Assembly: GCA_963741085.1 (NCBI GenBank)
Contig: CAVUGM010000001.1
Coordinates: 124,558-188,557 of the forward strand
Length of the DNA stretch: 64,000 bases
Reading direction: 5' to 3'
Source of the DNA: an uncultured Chloroflexia bacterium
Lineage (GTDB): Bacteria; Chloroflexota; Limnocylindria; Limnocylindrales; CSP1-4
Part shown: piece by piece, positions 52,825 through 62,150 of the stretch
Layout of the letters: every line of letters begins with the position of its first letter
Position numbering within the stretch: position 1 is the stretch's first letter
The notes under the pieces: generated by a model
Seen by the model: the letters and a program-made list of their open reading frames with translations, nothing else
Told to the model about the DNA's origin: nothing
Databases searched by the model: none
Position numbers and translations under genes: made by a program

Positions 52825-53110
52825 ATGGAGGCTCGCCCTGAGCTCCTTCGATCCCGCCCGCCACCGGGTCGCCGACCTCGTCTCGCTGATGAACGCGACC
52901 TTCGCGGACCACCGAACCCGGATCTCGTGGAGCGAGGCGGGGGTGCAGGCCCGGGTTGCCGGGCCCGACTTCGAGCCAACCGACACCTCGATCGTGGCGA
53001 CGACCTCCGGGCCTCGCCGTGGTTGCCTCGAACGTCCACGCCCTCCAGATGTGCGAGGCACATGGCTTCCGGGCGGTCATGGAGTGGCCGCAGTGGGGCC
53101 GGGATGCCTG
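52825..53110 (+). pseudogene. Short GNAT-like remnant with 2 frameshifts; the central acetyl-CoA-binding part is missing
   Basis: The pieces are MEAR | LSSFDPARHRVADLVSLMNATFADH...IVATTSG | LAVVASNVHALQMCEAHGFRAVMEW*. Only about 95 aa are present. The assignment is weak. Confidence 0.3.
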
Positions 53111-53155
53111 AGGGCGGACCCTCCCTCCGCGGGATGACGCTGCGGGGAGCTCCGG

Positions 53156-54439
53156 TCAGGCCGTCGGTCGCGCCGTCCGCCCCGAACGTGCCGCTCGCCG
53201 GAGCGAGAGGGTGACCGCGACCCCGCCGGCGAGGAAGACGAGTCCGCCCAGCACGAAGGGAGCCCGGATCCCGCCGGCGCTCGCTGCGATTGCCCCCATC
53301 GTCGGCCCGATGATGCCGGCGAGGTAAAGCGGCAGGAGCACGAGGTTGAGGGTGGCGGACCGCCGCTCGGGCGCGACCTCGACGGCGACCAGCCCGAAGA
53401 CCATCGCCTGGGTCGACGCCTGCAGCGCCGAATAGACGACGGCGACCATCGCGAGCACACCGAGCGCCGGTGCTGCCGGCATGACGAGCAGCATCGTCCC
53501 GGCCCCGAGGAGCGATCCGGCGAGGACCGGCCGGAACCCGATCCGGTCGCCGAGCGGCCCCGCGAGCGGCGAGATCAGGACGCCGACCAGCGCCGCGGTC
53601 CCCGCGACAAGCGCGATGGCGGACGCGAGATTGGCGGCGCCGTTCACGTCCGCCACGAGGAGCGGGATGTACGGCCGGCTCATCTGGTTGGCGAGGATGG
53701 AGACGCCGAAGATCGCGAAGATGCGGCGCACCGCCGGGTCCTGCATGACGCCCGCGATCGCCTTCCGCGCCAGCGAGACGGCGCTGCCGACCGGCGCGAT
53801 CGCAGGCCGGATGTCGGGCGAGGCGACGAGCAACAGGACGACCGAGAACGCCGAGAGGAGGGCGCCGCTCCAGAAGACCGCCGTGAGGGGGAGGCCGAGG
53901 CCGTCCACGATCAGGGCCCCGAGGACGGGGCCGATGGCGAAGCCGAGCGGGCTCGTCGCGCCGAAGGTGGCGGTCGCCGTCCCGACCCGCTCGAGAGGTG
54001 TCACGTCCCGCAGCCCTGCCAGCATGACCCCCGTGTTGCCCAGCTGGAACCCCACGAGCAGGAGGCTGGCGGCCAGCTGCCATGGCTCCTGCGCGAGCGC
54101 CACGCCGGCGAAGACGAAGACCTCGACGACCGCGCTGCGGACGATGACCGCGCGCCGGCTGTACTTGTCGGCCCAGACGCCCCAGAACGGCACCAGGACG
54201 ATGCCAAAGACGAAGATCAGGCTCGTGAACAGGCCCGTGAAGGTCGGGATCTGGGCGGCGGGCAGGCCCACCTGGGCGAGGCGGAGCGGCAGGAAGGCGA
54301 AGACCTGGGACACCCCGAGGGCCTCGATGGTGGACACGATGCCGTACACGACGAGGAGCCGCTTCCAGGCGATCGGCGGCCGACGGGCGGGCATGGCGTG
54401 GGCGGGCGCGTCCGAGGGCGGTCGGGTCTCGGGGATCAC
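53156..54439 (-). CDS. MFS transporter
   Basis: ORF 53156..54439 has about 12 TM segments and the motif-A-like sequence WGVWADKYSRRAVIV. Confidence 0.9.
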   Translation of the reverse strand: MIPETRPPSDAPAHAMPARRPPIAWKRLLVVYGIVSTIEALGVSQVFAFLPLRLAQVGLPAAQIPTFTGLFTSLIFVFGIVLVPFWGVWADKYSRRAVIVRSAVVEVFVFAGVALAQEPWQLAASLLLVGFQLGNTGVMLAGLRDVTPLERVGTATATFGATSPLGFAIGPVLGALIVDGLGLPLTAVFWSGALLSAFSVVLLLVASPDIRPAIAPVGSAVSLARKAIAGVMQDPAVRRIFAIFGVSILANQMSRPYIPLLVADVNGAANLASAIALVAGTAALVGVLISPLAGPLGDRIGFRPVLAGSLLGAGTMLLVMPAAPALGVLAMVAVVYSALQASTQAMVFGLVAVEVAPERRSATLNLVLLPLYLAGIIGPTMGAIAASAGGIRAPFVLGGLVFLAGGVAVTLSLRRAARSGRTARPTA

Positions 54440-54534
54440 GACCGAAGTCTATCGGCACGGACTGAAGCTCCGGGACCGGCGGCTGCCTGCGCCCGTGCGG
54501 CGCAGCGAGGCGCCCGGCGTGGCACGATCGTGGC

Positions 54535-55047
54535 GTGACCCAGCCGCCGCCGGAGCCCCCGCACCCACGCTCACCGCGTCGCTACGCCGTGCGCCGGGCG
54601 ACGCGCGCCGACCTGCCGGTGATCCTCGACCTGCGCCTGGCGTTCGACCGCGAGCTCCTCGGCGGCGACCTCCCGCCGGACCGAATAGGTCCCCACCGCT
54701 CCCAGGTCGCCGACTACCTGGCGACGCACGTCGACGACGAGACGTATCACCTGTGGGTCGCGGAAGACGGCGGCCGGATCGTCGCGATGGCCGGCCTCGT
54801 GATCGTCGACCGGCCGCCGCACCCCCGGTCGCGGCGGAACGGCGAGGGGTTCATCGTCAACGTCTACACCCTGCCGCGCTGGCGCGGCAGCGGCGCCGGC
54901 CGAGCGGTGATGGACGCGCTCGTCGGAGAGGCACGGCGCCTGCGGCTGCGTCGCGTCTTCCTGCGGACATCTGACGCGGGCCGCCCCCTCTACGAGGCGA
55001 TGGGCTTCCGCGACCCCGGGACCTACCTCTCGCTTGACCTCGACTGA
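54535..55047 (+). CDS. GNAT family N-acetyltransferase
   Basis: VRRATRADLPVILDLR...VYTLPRWRGSGAGRAVMDAL...GRPLYEAMGF. Confidence 0.8.
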   Translation: MTQPPPEPPHPRSPRRYAVRRATRADLPVILDLRLAFDRELLGGDLPPDRIGPHRSQVADYLATHVDDETYHLWVAEDGGRIVAMAGLVIVDRPPHPRSRRNGEGFIVNVYTLPRWRGSGAGRAVMDALVGEARRLRLRRVFLRTSDAGRPLYEAMGFRDPGTYLSLDLD

Positions 55048-55106
55048 CGTGCCCCGCCGCGCTCGGCGTTGCGCCGGCGCCCGGTCCGGCGCGGACAGGC
55101 GGCCGC

Positions 55107-55961
55107 TCAGCCGCCCCCGACGATCAGGAGCGTCGCGACCGCGGCCACGCCGATCCCGGCGGCATGGATCCGTCCGATCGGCTCGCGCAGGATTGCCGCC
55201 GCCAGGATCACCGTCGAGACCGGGTAGAGCGAACCGAGGACGGCCGCGACGGCGAGGCCGCCGGCCTGGGCGGAGACGAGGAACGCCGCGTTGCCCGCGA
55301 GGTCGAGCACGCCGACGAGGGCGACGAGTCCGACGAGCCGGGGCCGGCCGCGGAACGAGGCCCGGATTGGTGTCCGCCCGAGCACGACGATGGCCAGCAC
55401 GAGCGCCGACGAGGTAGCCCGGGCGACCGCGAGCGGGGCGAAGACCCCCGATTCGATCTGCCCAACGCAGGTGCCATAGAGGCCGAACGAGACGCCTGCC
55501 CCGACGGCCATGAGGATCCCGCGGCGGCCCGTGGTTCCGTCGTCCGCGCTCGAGACGAGGACGATTGAAACGACTGCGAGCGCGAAGCCGCCCAGGCGCA
55601 CCGGTGTCGGGAGCCCGGCCATTGCGATCCCGACGGCGACCGGGATCGCCGCGGTGAGGACGCCCGTGATCGGGGCCACGATCCCCATCCGGCCGTCGGC
55701 GAGGGCCCGGTAGAGGCCGGCCAGGCCGAGAGATCCGAGGACCGCGCCCGCCGCGGCCCACGCTGCATCCGTCGGCGTGGGGACCGGCTCGTGGAGGACG
55801 ACCGCGGCGAGGATGGCGCCGACGAGGCCCACGACCTGGGCGCCCAGGACTGCGACGAATACCGGCAGTCGCCGCGCCGAGATCCCGCCGCCGAAGTCGC
55901 CGGCACCCCAGAATGCCGCGGCGGAGAGCCCCGCGACGGCGGCGAACAGGTCAGCGGGCAC
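55107..55961 (-). CDS. EamA/DMT family transporter
   Basis: It has about 10 TM segments organised as two EamA-like halves, and is 284 aa. Confidence 0.85.
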   Translation of the reverse strand: MPADLFAAVAGLSAAAFWGAGDFGGGISARRLPVFVAVLGAQVVGLVGAILAAVVLHEPVPTPTDAAWAAAGAVLGSLGLAGLYRALADGRMGIVAPITGVLTAAIPVAVGIAMAGLPTPVRLGGFALAVVSIVLVSSADDGTTGRRGILMAVGAGVSFGLYGTCVGQIESGVFAPLAVARATSSALVLAIVVLGRTPIRASFRGRPRLVGLVALVGVLDLAGNAAFLVSAQAGGLAVAAVLGSLYPVSTVILAAAILREPIGRIHAAGIGVAAVATLLIVGGG

Positions 55962-55982
55962 GTGTGCGCCGGATGGGCCGAG

Positions 55983-58169
55983 TCAGCCGGCTGCCGGCGT
56001 CGCCTCGGGTACCTCGCCCGTGTCGGCGTCGGTGGCCGTCGGGCCGGGCAGGACCACCACCCTGTCGGCCGCCCGGTCGTAGCGCTCGGACGTGGTCAGG
56101 TAGATGACCTGGAAGTCGGTGCCGAGGTCGCGCAGCATCCCGATGGCTCGCTCTGCCCGGCGGTCGTCGAAGGTGACGAAGGGATCGTCGAAGACGAGCG
56201 GCGGCCGTCGATCCTGGGTGACCAGCCGCACAAGACCAAGCCGCGCCGCGAGATAGCCGAGGTCGAGGGTCCCCTGGGAGAGGTCGTCGAGGGCGACCCA
56301 GCCACCGCGCTCGGGGGCGAAGACCGAGATGTCGAGCGTGGCGTCGTCGACCGCCACGCGGCGGTAGCGTCCGCCGGTCAGCCGGGCGAGATCCCCGCGC
56401 ATCTGCTTCTCGAGGAAGCGCGTCGCAATTCGCATCGTCGCCACCTCGGCGCGCTGGATCGCGTCGAGCGCCTGCTGGTAGACCCGCTGGCGACGTTGCA
56501 GCGCGGCCAGCCGCTCCCGGGACGTCGCGAGGCGCTCGGCCTCCACCGCCACCGCCTCGGCGTCGACAGGGTTGTGCTCGACCCGGGCCCGGGCGCCGGC
56601 TTCGTCGTCGCGCGCTCGCTCGAGCGCCGCCTCCTGGTCGCGAACCTCGACCTCCAGCCGTTCGCGAGCCCGCGGCTCCTTGGCGATCGGGCCGAGCGCC
56701 TCCAGGGCACCCGACTTCTGCTCGATCGCCAGAGCCGAGGCGTCGCGGAGCGCCGGAAGCGTCTCCACGGGCTCCTTCCCGGCCAGCCCCTCGAGCTGGG
56801 CCCGCGCGCGACCGATCGTCTGCACGTGCGCGTCCTCGCGGGCGAGGAGGTCCTCGGCCGCGGCCGGGTCGGCCACGTCGACCGTTGCCAGCTGGGCCGC
56901 GAGATCGTGCTCCTTGCGGCGCAGGTCGTCCTCCAGCTGGCTGCGGCCGCGGAGGCGACGGGCGATCTCGTCGTCCCGGAGCTCCTTCTGGTGGCGCACG
57001 TCGAAGGCCGCCCGACGGCGCTCGCGAGCGTATGCGGCGAGGACCACGCCGGCGACGCCGGCGACGACGCCGCCGAGGACGGCCGCGGAGAGCGAGGCGA
57101 AGACACCGACCGCCACGGCCGCGACGCCGGCCGCGGCGAGGACGAGGGCGAGCCAGGCGATCGGGCGATAGCGGGGCTCCCGCACGACCACGTTGTAGTC
57201 GACTCTGGTGGGCCCCTCGCCGAGCTGGAGGCGGAGCGCGGCGATCTCGCGGTCGAGCACGCGAATGCGCTCCACGACCTGGCGCAGGACCGGCAACGGG
57301 TTCGACGACGGGTGGCTTCCCTCGAGCACGGTGATCTGCTCCGAGACGACCACGGCCTGGCGGTAGCGCTCGAACCGCTCCTGGGCGACGGCACGCTCCT
57401 CCGTCAGGCGTTCCGCCTGGCGCGCCTTCTCGAGCAGCGATCGCCGCTCGGCGAGCACGCCCTCGGCCGCGGACCGGCGTCCGCGGGCTCCCACGAGCGC
57501 GTCGCGGTCCCGCTCGAGCTGGGCGAGCTGGGCTTCCCCCTGGGCGAGAGCGGCCTCCGAGACCGTGACCGCCTCCTCGGCGACCCGAAGCCTGCCCGGG
57601 TTGCGCTCGCCGCGCGCCTGGAGGTCTTTCAGTGCCTTCTCGAGGCGGCGCTTGCCGGCGCTGGTCCCGCGATCCGCACCGCTGATCAACGCCTGCAGGC
57701 GGTCCCGCAGGGCGCCCTCGTCGCGAGCGAGGTCGAACACCTCGTGGTGGCGCACCGACGCGGTCGAGCGGAAGAACTTCTCGCTGGGGATGCCGGTCAG
57801 GTCGGCGAGCAACTCGTCGACGCGGGTGGGGTCGGTCACCGTCTCGCCGTCGAAGGCCAGGCGAACGGTTCCCCTGGCGCCCCGGAAATCCTTCTCCAGG
57901 CTTCCCTCGTGCGAGCCGTCCAGGTCGTCCTGGACGAAGTCGAGGGCGACCCAGGGTCGCCCGTCATCGGCCGCGCCCCAGCTCCGGAGCCCGTCGATCT
58001 CCGCGCCGCTCGCCGTCACCTTGCGGAAGAGCGCCAGCTCGAGCGCGCGCTGGATGGTCGTCTTGCCGGCCTCGTTCGGGCCGCGGACCACGGTGAGGCC
58101 CGGGGCGAGCTCGAGGTCGAGGTCGCGGTGCACCTTCAGGTCGCGCAGTCGGAGGCGGCTGATCCTCAC
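55983..58169 (-). CDS. SMC/Rad50/SbcC-like AAA ATPase (YhaN-like) with a central pair of TM helices
   Basis: The GTG (complement 58167-58169) overlaps the upstream nuclease stop (GTGA). Walker A is GPNEAGKTT. Long coiled-coil heptad-like stretches are present. The TM pair is IAWLALVLAAAGVAAVAVGVFA and AAVLGGVVAGVAGVVLAAYA. The signature LSQGT and Walker B LVFDDPF follow. This is the C-terminal 729 aa of the 1433-aa track ORF. Confidence 0.85.
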   Translation of the reverse strand: MRISRLRLRDLKVHRDLDLELAPGLTVVRGPNEAGKTTIQRALELALFRKVTASGAEIDGLRSWGAADDGRPWVALDFVQDDLDGSHEGSLEKDFRGARGTVRLAFDGETVTDPTRVDELLADLTGIPSEKFFRSTASVRHHEVFDLARDEGALRDRLQALISGADRGTSAGKRRLEKALKDLQARGERNPGRLRVAEEAVTVSEAALAQGEAQLAQLERDRDALVGARGRRSAAEGVLAERRSLLEKARQAERLTEERAVAQERFERYRQAVVVSEQITVLEGSHPSSNPLPVLRQVVERIRVLDREIAALRLQLGEGPTRVDYNVVVREPRYRPIAWLALVLAAAGVAAVAVGVFASLSAAVLGGVVAGVAGVVLAAYARERRRAAFDVRHQKELRDDEIARRLRGRSQLEDDLRRKEHDLAAQLATVDVADPAAAEDLLAREDAHVQTIGRARAQLEGLAGKEPVETLPALRDASALAIEQKSGALEALGPIAKEPRARERLEVEVRDQEAALERARDDEAGARARVEHNPVDAEAVAVEAERLATSRERLAALQRRQRVYQQALDAIQRAEVATMRIATRFLEKQMRGDLARLTGGRYRRVAVDDATLDISVFAPERGGWVALDDLSQGTLDLGYLAARLGLVRLVTQDRRPPLVFDDPFVTFDDRRAERAIGMLRDLGTDFQVIYLTTSERYDRAADRVVVLPGPTATDADTGEVPEATPAAG

Positions 58170-59341
58170 AGCGCCACCTCGCGGCCGTCGAGCAGCAGCC
58201 GGGCAATACGCAGCGCCTCGCGTGCCTCGGCGGCGGCGTCGACCCGGTCGGCGGCCTCCGCCTCGGCAATCGTCGCCTCCATGTCGCGGACGAGCGAGCC
58301 GACGATCGTGTCGGGGGGCGCCGCGGGCCCGTCGGGCAGGGCGGCCAGCGACACATCGCGTACCCGCACCCGGAAGAACCGGTCGCCGATCTCGCGTTCG
58401 ATCTCCTCGGGGGCCAGGTCGAGCTCGTCGGGCCGGACGCCGATGATCCGGACATCGAGAACGAGGTCGGGATCGGCCAGCGCGACGAGGCGTTCGACGA
58501 GCGCCGGCTGGCTGGCGACGGCAGCGGCGTCGAACGCCATGCGCTCGAAACGGGTTCGTCCCACGCGCCGTTCCTCCACCGTCACGTGGCGGCCGCCGCC
58601 GCGCTCCTCGAGCGTCACCAGGAGCACGTTCCCAGCGCGGTCCTGGTCCAGGGCGACCGGCTCGGGGGCCCCGCTGTAGGCCCACAGGGTGGCGCCGCTC
58701 CGCCCGCGCTGGGTGGAATGCCAGTGGCCGAGAGCGAGGTAGTCGAGGTGCGAGGCCGCGACCTCGTCGCCCGTGAAGACGACCTCGTCGTGCTCGGTCC
58801 GCTCCGGGATGCTGAGAGACCCGTGGATCAAGCCGATGTGCCAGGTCGCGCGATCGTCCTCGGCCACGTCGAACCCGGCCAGAGGGCTGCGTGGCCCGCG
58901 CTTGGTGGCGAAGACCCTGCCATGCACGACGACGTCGAGCGGGCCCAGCAGGATGTCGGGCCGGTCGGGGGTCAGGACGACCAGTCGATCGGTGCCGGCG
59001 GGCAGCCCGGCGAGGGCGGCCAGGTCGTAGGCGCGGTAGACCGAGGCACCGTCGTAGACGTCGTGGGTTCCCGGGATGACGACCGTCCGGATCGCCCCGT
59101 CGGCCAGCCGGCGGAGCTCGGTGGCCACCCGCTCGACCGAGCGGCGCGGCTGGGTATTCGAGTCGAAGAGGTCGCCGGCGACGAGGACGAGGTCCACCTT
59201 CTCGGCGAGCGCCACGTCGACAGTTGCCCGAAAGGCGGCGAACTGGCGCTCGCGCTGGGCGGCCGCCTGCTCGCCGAGGTCCGCGTGGCGGGCCCCGAGG
59301 TGGACGTCGGCCGTGTGGAGCAGGCGCAGCATCGCGGCCAT
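58166..59341 (-). CDS. Metallophosphoesterase, SbcD/Mre11/YhaO-like DNA repair exonuclease
   Basis: LLHTADVHLG, VLVAGDLFD, VIPGTHD and LALGHWH are the calcineurin-like phosphoesterase motifs. Confidence 0.85.
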   Translation of the reverse strand: MAAMLRLLHTADVHLGARHADLGEQAAAQRERQFAAFRATVDVALAEKVDLVLVAGDLFDSNTQPRRSVERVATELRRLADGAIRTVVIPGTHDVYDGASVYRAYDLAALAGLPAGTDRLVVLTPDRPDILLGPLDVVVHGRVFATKRGPRSPLAGFDVAEDDRATWHIGLIHGSLSIPERTEHDEVVFTGDEVAASHLDYLALGHWHSTQRGRSGATLWAYSGAPEPVALDQDRAGNVLLVTLEERGGGRHVTVEERRVGRTRFERMAFDAAAVASQPALVERLVALADPDLVLDVRIIGVRPDELDLAPEEIEREIGDRFFRVRVRDVSLAALPDGPAAPPDTIVGSLVRDMEATIAEAEAADRVDAAAEAREALRIARLLLDGREVAL

Positions 59342-59783
59342 TGTGACAAATCGGCAGGGCGAAGAGGAGGCCGCCGCGTGAGTGAGTCACCCGGCGGGCG
59401 GACGAGATGAACCGGCAGACCGGAAGCCGGTCGGGACTGGTCCTGCCCCACCGTCGATGGATCCGTTCCATGACGTCCTTGGACGGCCCCGGCCCGAACC
59501 CCGAGCCGTTGGAGGCCATGCCATGGGCGCCGCCCGGCGCGGCGGCGAGGCCGAGGCTCAGCCGTTCCCCACGGCCGTCACCCGAGAGGGCCGGCGGCCC
59601 CCGGGGGGAGCGGTGGTATCCTGCCGCCAACGCAACCGGTGCGCGCCCCGACAGGACCCGCTGCACGTCACCCGGCTCGCGCGGCATCAGGCCCCCTTCG
59701 CCTCCCCCGCCGCCCGCGGGCGACGGCGGACCCTCCGGGACTGGGCGCCGGTCGTGAGCGCACGACCTGGAGGAGCAGCACCC

Positions 59784-60125
59784 TTGACCTACATCGACCG
59801 GACCCTGACCTGCGTCGACTGCGCCGTGGCTTTCACCCACACGGCCGCCGACCAGGAGTACTACGCAGAGAAGGCATTCACCTCGGATCCGAAGCGCTGC
59901 CCGAGCTGTCGCGCCAGCCGTCGCCAGGCGCGCGGCGACGGCTGGGAAGTTCGGAGCATCGGTGGACCCCGCGGCTATGAGCGCGGGGGTGACCCCGTCG
60001 ATCGAGAGTACTTTGCAGTGACCTGCTCCCGCTGCGGCAACAACGCCCAGGTGCCGTTCCGCCCGCGCCTCGACAAGCCGGTCTACTGCTCCGACTGCTT
60101 CCGGGCGGTCAAGGCCGCCGGGTGA
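59784..60125 (+). CDS. Zinc-ribbon protein with an N-terminal CxxC...CxxC ribbon and a C-terminal CxxC-x17-CxxC domain
   Basis: TTG 59784 follows GGAGGAG. The sequence reads TLTCVDCAVAFTHTAADQEYYAEKAFTSDPKRCPSCR...VTCSRCGNNAQVPFRPRLDKPVYCSDCF. Confidence 0.7.
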   Translation: MTYIDRTLTCVDCAVAFTHTAADQEYYAEKAFTSDPKRCPSCRASRRQARGDGWEVRSIGGPRGYERGGDPVDREYFAVTCSRCGNNAQVPFRPRLDKPVYCSDCFRAVKAAG

Positions 60126-60302
60126 CGGCGTCGCGCACCGCCGGCTGACGCGGGTGGCCGCGCCGGCTGGCGTCCACTGCCCTGGCCGATGCGACACGCG
60201 CCGAGAGCGTTGCTCGATGCGAGAGGAGGCGCCGGCCGGACCGCGAGAGGTGAGCGCAGGCAGATGGTCGTCGGCAGCCGTCATCCGGACGATTCCGCCG
60301 CG

Positions 60303-61094
60303 TTAACGCTCGTCAACTGACGCCTCGCGCGAGTCGGTGGGGCCCGGGTCGGGGCTGGCGTCTCGCTCGGGCCCGGCCGGGCCGAGGTCGAGGCGGAACG
60401 ACTCGCCGGCGCGGTGACGCACGCGGCGGCGACCGCGCCAGATCGTCACGCGACCCCGTCCCTCCACCCTCCATGCGCCGTCCTGGCCGACGGCGGCGGT
60501 CTCCTCGTCGATCCCCATGACGATCAGGCCACGTGGCGCCACGAGCGCGAGGCCCGCCGCGAGCGGTTCGGGCAAGGCATCGTAGTGCGGCAGGACGGCG
60601 ACACGATCGACGAGGCCGAGGGCGTCGCGCCAGCCAAGGGGAATGCGGAAGCGGCGGCCGCCCACCCTGGGCTGGTGGGCGCCGAGGACCATCGCCCCTG
60701 CCGAGCAGCCGGCAACCACACCGCCGCGCTCGTGCACGGCCCGGATCGCCGCGCCGGCCGGGGTTCCCTCGAGAACGTCGAGGAGGTAGTCGGGCTTGCC
60801 GCCCGACAGATAGACGAGATCCGCCTCGCCGATTGCCTGGGCGCCGGCCGCGTCGAGCGCGTCGTCACGGCTCCGCAAGTCGACGCCCTCGACCTCGGCG
60901 CCGAGAGCCGCGAAGTGGGAGCGGCCCTGCTCCAGCCAGCGTCGGAACGTCTCCTCGCCGTCGGGCCACGAGGCGGTCGGGACCACCGCCACGCGCGGAC
61001 GGGCCCGGCCCGTGGCCGCAAGCAGGGCGCGATCCACGGTCTCCATGGCGAGCGTGAACTCGCCGGATCCGACGAGCGCAACCAAACCCCGCAT
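60303..61094 (-). CDS. Peptidase S51 / type-1 glutamine amidotransferase-like protein (cyanophycinase or dipeptidase E family)
   Basis: Internal ATG of ORF 60303..61151. The sequence includes LVGSGEF...VVPTAS...LVYLSGGKPDYLL...VAGCSAGAMVLG. Confidence 0.7.
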   Translation of the reverse strand: MRGLVALVGSGEFTLAMETVDRALLAATGRARPRVAVVPTASWPDGEETFRRWLEQGRSHFAALGAEVEGVDLRSRDDALDAAGAQAIGEADLVYLSGGKPDYLLDVLEGTPAGAAIRAVHERGGVVAGCSAGAMVLGAHQPRVGGRRFRIPLGWRDALGLVDRVAVLPHYDALPEPLAAGLALVAPRGLIVMGIDEETAAVGQDGAWRVEGRGRVTIWRGRRRVRHRAGESFRLDLGPAGPERDASPDPGPTDSREASVDER

Positions 61095-61350
61095 GCCGTG
61101 CAGTCTACGGTGGACGCCCGGCCAGCCTCGTCGGCCGCCACCGGCGGCCATCGGCCCCCGGGGTCCGGGTGGCGGCGTCGCTCGCGACCCGAAGGATGTC
61201 CGGCCTGTGGACGGGTTCGCGGGCCGCCGATCGGGGGACTGTTCACTACCGACGCGGATCGCTATCCTCGGCCCCGTTCGGGGCGTCGTCCCGTCCGCGA
61301 CGCCTGGGAGGGCGTCGCGAAGCGTCGGTCACCGCGCAGAGGGAGAAACG

Positions 61351-62019
61351 ATGGAACCGACCGGAACGCCCGGAACGCCAGCCGAGGATTCCTCGGCGCC
61401 GCAGGCGCCACCGCCCGCGCTCTCGCCACCACCGCCGTCCGCGCCGCCGCCCGCGTCCTCGTCGCCCGCGTGGCTCGCCACCATCACGTCGTCGCAGACC
61501 GTGGCCGGGACCGCCGGCATGGTCTACGCGGATGTCCCAAGCCGCATCTTCGCCTACATCATCGACGTGATCATCATGGGGTTCGCCTTCGGGATCCTCT
61601 TCGCGATCTTCGCGGGGCTCTTCATCGGCTCGGCCATGGGCGGCTTCGGATTCCTGGCGTTCGTGTGGTTCGTCGTCCTGCTCCTGATCTACGCGGCAGG
61701 CAGCGCGATCTACTTCATCTACACGTGGACCACGCTTCGCGGCTCCCCGGGCCAGCGCGTGCTCGGCCTCGAGACCCTCAACGCTGCCGACGGGGCAGCG
61801 CTCACCCAGCCGCAGGCGATCCGGCGCTGGCTCTACCTGTTCGGCCCGTTCGTCCTCGGCGAGGTGGCGAGCTTCATGTTCGGCGCTCTCGGCGTGCTCG
61901 TCGGCCTGCTCGTCTTCGCCTACGCCATCTTCCTGCTCTACACCGCAGCCAACAGCGCGACCCGCCAGGCGTATCACGACGTCCAGGCTGCCACGGTCGT
62001 CGTCAAGGTCCCGCGGTAG
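61351..62019 (+). CDS. RDD family membrane protein with a Pro/Ala/Ser-rich N-terminus
   Basis: ATG 61351 follows AGGGAG. The sequence includes YADVPSRIFAYIIDVIIMGF...TLRGSPGQRVLGLE...TRQAYHDVQAATVVV. Confidence 0.8.
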   Translation: MEPTGTPGTPAEDSSAPQAPPPALSPPPPSAPPPASSSPAWLATITSSQTVAGTAGMVYADVPSRIFAYIIDVIIMGFAFGILFAIFAGLFIGSAMGGFGFLAFVWFVVLLLIYAAGSAIYFIYTWTTLRGSPGQRVLGLETLNAADGAALTQPQAIRRWLYLFGPFVLGEVASFMFGALGVLVGLLVFAYAIFLLYTAANSATRQAYHDVQAATVVVKVPR

Positions 62020-62058
62020 CAGAACCCGGGTTGCCCGACGGCGCCCCTGAGCACGATC

Positions 62059-62085
62059 GACGCCTCGGCCGACGGCCGGGGCGTC
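62059..62085. terminator. GC-rich hairpin between the convergent RDD and arcC genes (candidate bidirectional terminator, no U-tract)
   Basis: The sequence GACGCC-T-CGGCC-GAC-GGCCG-G-GGCGTC gives 11 paired positions with one mismatch or bulge. Confidence 0.25.
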
Positions 62086-62150
62086 GTCATCTCCGCCACG
62101 CGACCGCGGACTCGGCACCTCCGTCGCGGGAGCGTGCCGATCTTGCCCCG

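Noticed and set aside
51612-54458. 948-aa minus-strand ORF
   Set aside because: It is antisense to citrate synthase and out of frame with the genuine MFS transporter ORF (53156..54439). Its composition is artefactual.
55791-58679. 962-aa plus-strand ORF
   Set aside because: It is antisense to the AAA ATPase and the EamA transporter. It has no motifs and is a GC-driven open frame.
59342-59783. Possible RNase P RNA, SRP RNA, tmRNA or 6S RNA in the long gap
   Set aside because: I could not find the conserved core strings of these RNAs on either strand (for example the GAGGAAAGUCC-type RNase P motif or the SRP GGAAG/AGCA domain IV motifs). The region is kept only as an unexplained structured gap.
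58170-60284. N-terminal ~700 aa of the 1433-aa minus-strand ORF (55983..60284)
   Set aside because: Upstream of the GTG at 58169 the frame runs out of phase through the SbcD-like gene and antisense to the zinc-ribbon gene. It is Arg/Pro/Gly-rich. The ATPase Walker A sits right after the GTG, which overlaps the nuclease stop.
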